From assembly GCF_964204645.1 (NCBI RefSeq), contig NC_134032.1, positions 5,444,275-5,508,274 on the forward strand: DNA of 64,000 nucleotides, in the 5' to 3' direction. Shown one piece after another: positions 58,616 to 64,000 of this stretch (position 1 is the first letter of the stretch; each line of letters opens with the position of its first letter). A program made the translations under genes and the position numbers. This stretch comes from Tubulanus polymorphus. Taxonomy: Eukaryota; Animalia; Nemertea. Under the pieces are notes generated by a model that saw nothing but the letters and a program-made list of their open reading frames with translations, was not told where the DNA came from and did no database searches.

Positions 58616-58965
58616 ATCCATCATCTTCACCCGTCAAGGGATTCGAACCCACTAAGCTAAAGCCATGCCAGAATCGGGTCGGGCCAGTTACAGCGCTTGT
58701 AACAAACCACATTAGGCTTCTGTGGAATTTCCCAGTAAATGGGCCAATCAGCGAACACGTAGCGAACGCGGAAGTATTGTCGGGTGTTGATACATGACGT
58801 CATGCGCAAAAGCGCCAGTAATGAAATCGCGATAATTCACGTGAACAGCTGCTGATATTTTCAGATAAACCAATCACAGGGAAGACACAACGCCTTTTGT
58901 GTGGAAACCATGTCATTTAAATTCGCTCCATTTGTATAGTAATAGGCTCAGCCTACGGCTGGCCT
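58616..58965 (-). mobile_element. Helentron-type element, 5' part (continues at 5553)
   Basis: Minus strand ttt-aggccagccgtaggctgagcct hairpin/subTIR; contains a tRNA B-box-like gggttcgaatcc. Confidence 0.6.
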
Positions 58966-59087
58966 AAACAACAATAACTAATACTAAAATCATTTAGCTT
59001 TAACTAGCTAGTATCATTCGAATTCTTCAAATGATAATTATAATATTCAACTTATAATATTTTTCTTATTAAATTTCTCTAATATAA

Positions 59088-59690
59088 ATGTCAAAGAAAT
59101 CTAATAAGAATAGTATTGATATTGAAAAAACATTAGATGATTTGGGTATAAGTGATAATAAAGATACAGTTGTAACTAATTGTGCTCAAGTTAATTGTAA
59201 TATAGATTATGAATACTATTTATATTGTAAGCATCATCTAGAACTATTGATTGCCGGTGGAAAAACTAAAGAGTTTTTAACTAAGACTATTACTTTTCAA
59301 GAATTAGATGTTATGAAACCAGATAAAGTAATAAAATATATTAAGATTTATGAAGAAGCTAGATTAGCCCGAATAAATGATTCTATTTCAGATGGTATTG
59401 TCAAATGTTATTCTAAGTTATGTAACCAGTTAATACCAATTAATGATGAAAATAAATTATATAGTGATTTGAAAAATGACTATTTAGTTATGACTGAATT
59501 ACAAAAATGGGTCGGATATGCTTCATTTCAATTAGGATCGGTTATGACATTAATTTCTACTGGTGTCATTACATTTTCGAATATCAAACCTATGGAATAT
59601 AAATCAGGTAAGAACGAAACAGATGTACTACAACCAAACGTCGAAACAGAAAATGAATCAGAACAAAAATTAACTAAAATAAATGAGTGA
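59088..59690 (+). CDS. Homolog of 41322-41927
   Basis: Near-identical protein. Confidence 0.82.
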   Translation: MSKKSNKNSIDIEKTLDDLGISDNKDTVVTNCAQVNCNIDYEYYLYCKHHLELLIAGGKTKEFLTKTITFQELDVMKPDKVIKYIKIYEEARLARINDSISDGIVKCYSKLCNQLIPINDENKLYSDLKNDYLVMTELQKWVGYASFQLGSVMTLISTGVITFSNIKPMEYKSGKNETDVLQPNVETENESEQKLTKINE

Positions 59691-60058
59691 TAGCGTTAAG
59701 AAGAAGCCTAGATCCGAGAAACAAATTAAATGGGCAAGAGAATTAGGTAAAAGATCTTCAGAATTAGAAAAAAGCTAAGAAAAAGAAATTAACTGATATA
59801 AATGAATCACAGACTTTATCTGATATTGATTCAAATAATAATCCATCTGATTCTTCTAATGCTGGAAGTAATTATAAATTATATATTACAACTGGATTAG
59901 TAACAGTTATTATATTATCCGGTGTAATATATAAATCTAAATTCAAATCTGATGATAAAGATGATTCCAATGATAATAAACCTATTATACCAGCAAATAA
60001 GTCAAATGATAAAGTCATTGAAAATAAACCAAGATTATTATTAATGGATTAAAATAAG

Positions 60059-61188
60059 ATGAAAAAAGAACAATATTTAAGAGATTTATATTATAACCCA
60101 GAAAGTGAAGTATCATATTCTAACGTTTCAGAATTATGGAATAAAATTAAATCTGATAATGAAAATGGTAATGGTGCCGTACGGCACCCACACGGTGGTA
60201 TAAAATATAGTGAATTGAAATCATGGTTAAAAATCAACCAACAAATCAAATCCACAAGAAAATGGATAAAACTTATTTAACAAGAAAAGTTATGGTTTCA
60301 TATATCGATCAACAATGGCAAGCAGATTTAATTGAAATGAAGAACTTAGAAGAATACAACAAAGGATATTTCTGGATATTAAATGTTATAGACATATTCA
60401 GTCGATACGCATGGTCAATTCCAATCAAAAATAAAACTGGTATAGAAGTGACAAATGCTTTAAAATCAATATTTAAAGAAGCTATTCCAGATAAGATACA
60501 ATTTGATGAAGGTAAGGAATTCTATAACAAACATTTCAAAAAACTATTATCTGATAACGATGTAAAATATTTTTCAACACATTCAGATAAAAAAGCATCT
60601 ATTATAGAAAGATTTAATAAAACATTGAAATCTAGAATGTGGAAATATTTTACTGCTAATGAAACATATATTTATATCGATGAGTCTATAAATATATTAG
60701 ATGATTTAGTGAAAGGTTATAATAATTCTAAACATAGTTCTATAAATATGAAACCTATACAAGCTAGAAAAGAAGATAATTCGGAAATAGTTTGGAATAA
60801 TTTATATGGAGCATTTGTTACACATGATTTCGGTGAACCTAAATTTAAAATTGGACAACACGTTAGAATATCTAAATATAGAAAAACATTTTATAAAGGT
60901 TATACCCCAAATTTTACAGAAGAAATATTTAAAATTAAAAAGATAATATTAACTAAACCTTTTGTTTATAAACTAGAAGATCTAAAAGATGAAGAAATAT
61001 TAGGTTATTTCTATGAACAAGAATTATCACTTGTACCAAATCCAGATGAAATAGAATACAAAATAGAAAAAGTATTGAAAACAAAAACTCTTAAAGGAAA
61101 AAAGTATTCTTTGGTGAAATATAAAGGATACGATGATAAATTTAATGAATGGATTTTATCTAGTAAAATTAAAAGAATAAATGAATAA
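60059..61188 (+). pseudogene. INT: rve integrase + chromodomain, frameshift near 60230
   Basis: DDE motifs intact in 60223-61188; N-terminus in 60059-60280. Confidence 0.9.
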
Positions 61189-61995
61189 AGATTTATTTAT
61201 ATTTGAACCGCATAATATGTTAATAACTGGAGTAACCAACTGTGGTAAAACACATTTCATATTAGATTTGTTAGAAACTATTTATAAGAATCATTTTGAT
61301 AATATAATATTATTCTGTCCTACTTATGAAATGAATAAAACATATAATAGAGATATAGTTAAGATGAAAAAGTTTATTATATTAAATCCTAAAACAGTAA
61401 AAGAAAATTTAGATAATTGTATTAAAATAGCAATTGATACTTATAAAGGATCAAATACATTATTCATTATAGATGATTGCGCAAATTTACATGATTCAAA
61501 AGTTAGAGAAAGTGATTTATTTTATCTAGCTTTCTCTGGGAGACATTTCGGGATAACAACATGGGTTTTAAATCAAAAATATAATTCAATTGTTAAAGTA
61601 CATTATAGAATGTTAAAGTTTTATTTGAATCAAGGAATGATTCTAAAAAAAAAGTACATAGATATATTTCATTCAGCCAATCTAAGTGGTTAGAAAAATA
61701 TATAGATTTTAACACCAAACAGAGAACTGAAGCTAAAACTGATTTCGAGAAAGATTTCTTCAAGTTAATGAACAATGCATTCTATGGTAAGACTTGTGAA
61801 AATATTAGAAATAGAAATGATATTGAGTTAGTTAGTAATGGTAAAAGAATTAGACATTTACAATCATATCCTAAGTTCATTGGTAACAGAATATTTGATG
61901 AAAATTTAGCCGCAGTTAAAATGAGAAGAACATCAATGAAATTTAATAAACCAATCTATGTTGGCGCTTCAGTTTTAGAATTATAAAAATTACTA

Positions 61996-63063
61996 ATGTA
62001 TGAATTCTATTATAATGTATTACAACCACTTTTTGGAGAAAAGCATATAGAAATATTATATTTTGATACTGACAGTTACATATTAAGGATAAAAACTGAT
62101 AACATAACTGATGATTTAAAAACATTAAAACATCATTTTGATTTTAGTAATTATCCTAAAAATCATGAATTGTTTAGCAATGATAATAAAAAAGTTCCCG
62201 GTAAATTCAAAGATGAATTAGGTGGCGAAGAAATGATTGAATTCATTGGTATTAGATCTAAAATGTATTCATATACAACTAAAGAACATGAAGCTAAAAA
62301 GTTAAAAGGAATTACCAAAAGTGTAGTAGAAAAGAATATTCATTTCAAAGATTATATCAATTGTATATTCAATGAAGAAGTTAGAAAACATAAGATGAGA
62401 TGTTTAAGATCTGAAGATCATGAAATGTTTATTGAAGAAATTGAAAAGATAAGTCTAAACCCATTTGATGATGAAAATATTTCAAGTATAATTCAAACTA
62501 AATACAATCAAGGATTTTCATTATTATATGATTATATTGATAAATTTAAAACCGTAACTATTAATGCAAATGATGAAATAATTAATGAGAATATTAACTT
62601 CCCAAGAAGATCTATTAAAGGTATATTAATATTTTTTACCATTGCAACATATTCTAATGGTGCAATACAGGTTGATAAGTATTATAATCCTGAAATAACA
62701 AAAAAAGAAATAACTATCGAAGGAATAGCAAATAAAATATTTTGTCAAGGAATGAGAATGATAGATCAATGGCCAGAAATTAGAAAACATTTTATGAATG
62801 AAAAGGTAAAATCATCTGAAAATTGTAACATTAATCAAATTGATTATTATACCGGTAATAAATATGCATTATGGTTAGATTTTAGAACAACAGAGGATAA
62901 TTCATTACATGGTTCTGGAAAAAAATTACAAAACACTAAAGATGGAATACAATTATTCATGGCAAAGAAAAAAGGAAGTCTAAATTTCAAAATGCACATT
63001 TATATTATATCTGACGCGCAATTAAATATTGTTAATTCACAATTAGATAGTGTTATGTATTAA
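61996..63063 (+). CDS. Chimeric pPolB C-terminus / MCP C-terminus in-frame fusion
   Basis: YFDTDS...SLNPFDD joined to ENISSIIQT...LDSVMY. Confidence 0.85.
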   Translation: MYEFYYNVLQPLFGEKHIEILYFDTDSYILRIKTDNITDDLKTLKHHFDFSNYPKNHELFSNDNKKVPGKFKDELGGEEMIEFIGIRSKMYSYTTKEHEAKKLKGITKSVVEKNIHFKDYINCIFNEEVRKHKMRCLRSEDHEMFIEEIEKISLNPFDDENISSIIQTKYNQGFSLLYDYIDKFKTVTINANDEIINENINFPRRSIKGILIFFTIATYSNGAIQVDKYYNPEITKKEITIEGIANKIFCQGMRMIDQWPEIRKHFMNEKVKSSENCNINQIDYYTGNKYALWLDFRTTEDNSLHGSGKKLQNTKDGIQLFMAKKKGSLNFKMHIYIISDAQLNIVNSQLDSVMY

Positions 63064-63095
63064 AATTTTAACTTTAATAAAAATTTATTATATAA

Positions 63096-63503
63096 ATGGA
63101 AGGAGGTAAAGTTTATAAACATATTCCATACATCGATACACATGAAAATAATGATGGTTTATATTATGTAATACCTTGTAATATAGCTTTGATATTTGAT
63201 CCTATTTTCAAAATTTATAAAACTAAACTAATAGAAATCGATAATAATAAAAGTGGTGTAGTTGATAATTTAAGTAATGTAATTGATAATAATGTAATAC
63301 CTACTTCATCTAATAATGTAATACCTACTACATCTAATAATGTAATACCTTCTACATCTAATAATGTAATACCTTCTACATCTAATAATGTAATACCTAC
63401 TACATCTAATAATGCAATAATATTAAATGTTAGTGAAAATAGAAATTATTGTGATTATTGTAATGGTGAATTTTCAAACGCTCCATCAAATTGGAGAATA
63501 TAA
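63096..63503 (+). pseudogene. Truncated allele of the MEGG zinc-finger gene with NNVIP(S/T)TS repeats
   Basis: MEGGKVY...LYYVIP shared with 44572-45639; 24-bp tandem units at about 63285-63415. Confidence 0.75.
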
Positions 63504-63707
63504 GATTTCTAGTTTTATTTTATAACAAAGATAAAAAATCTATCCAACAATCATTGGAAGAAAATCAAATTATACCTACTGAGTTACATGATGAATATAT
63601 GAATAAATTAAAGAATAATAAAGGTTCAAAATTATTACTGAGATAACAATTTCCCTATGAACTATGAATATAAGTTTATAAAATAACTATTTATATACCT
63701 ATCCATC

Positions 63708-63985
63708 TAATACGTATTAAATACGTATTAGATACGTATTAAATACATTAATGCTTAAAACCCCATTTTTAAAATAAAAATTATTCATATAATTTTCAAC
63801 CAATTTATTTTTATTTTTTTCAACTAATATATGAATAAGTTTGAAAATAATAAAGGTTATTTATTATTAATGAGATTTCAATATAAATTTAAAAAAGAAA
63901 TATAATTTAAGGTATTTTCAAATAATATATATTAAATACGTATTGGATACGTATTAGATACGTATTAGATATGTATTAGATACCT
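63708..63985. repeat. Palindromic AATACGTATT micro-arrays in the central region of copy C
   Basis: aatacgtattaaatacgtattagatacgtatt at about 63709 and again at about 63935. Confidence 0.75.
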
Positions 63986-64000
63986 TAAATACTTAAAACC

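Larger units (their letters stand above)
61181..63686 (+). pseudogene. Packaging ATPase split by a 1.9-kb insertion (5' part to about 61598; 3' part 63494-63686)
   Basis: GVTNCGKT...NQKYNSIVK, then ENIRFLVLFYNKDKK after the insert. Confidence 0.88.
58966..64000 (+). mobile_element. Polinton copy C, continuation (MSKK, TM gene, INT, rearranged ATPase)
   Basis: Collinear with 41230-43990 except for the 61598-63493 insertion. Confidence 0.92.

Noticed and set aside
58625-58720. tRNA gene on the minus strand
   Set aside because: Only a B-box (gggttcgaatcc) is clear and I cannot fold a cloverleaf; at most a SINE or tRNA remnant.
1-64000. Prokaryotic or phage origin, or a retron/DGR-type RT system
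   Set aside because: The RTs are Penelope and Gypsy types, and the whole element set (Polinton, Helentron-like, spliced transposase, TTAGGG) is eukaryotic.

Overview
This is AT-rich eukaryotic (most likely invertebrate animal) DNA made up entirely of nested mobile elements. I see no host gene. The main component is one family of Polinton/Maverick (adintovirus-like) endogenous DNA viruses, present as about six copies or fragments. One copy is structurally complete, about 18.3 kb (38558-56840). It encodes pPolB, an rve integrase with a chromodomain, an A32-like packaging ATPase, major and minor capsid proteins, an HNH protein and about seven membrane proteins, but no recognisable maturation protease. 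Also present are at least six Penelope-like retroelement insertions with hammerhead ribozymes, a decayed Ty3/Gypsy element, two Helentron-type non-autonomous elements, a MITE, and a TIR transposon carrying a RAG1-N/ZAD-like zinc domain. Four observations stand out. (1) Each Polinton end is a long fold-back palindrome whose outer arms are conserved while the core varies between ends. (2) Almost every viral gene starts at a poxvirus-late-like TAAATG, in two upstream motif classes, although the element encodes no RNA polymerase; this suggests dependence on a helper large DNA virus. (3) A 27-bp GC-rich double hairpin sits in-frame in different genes of different copies. (4) Three nested insertions have their halves in opposite orientations 52-55 kb apart, indicating an inversion between two inverted Polinton copies or an assembly flip.
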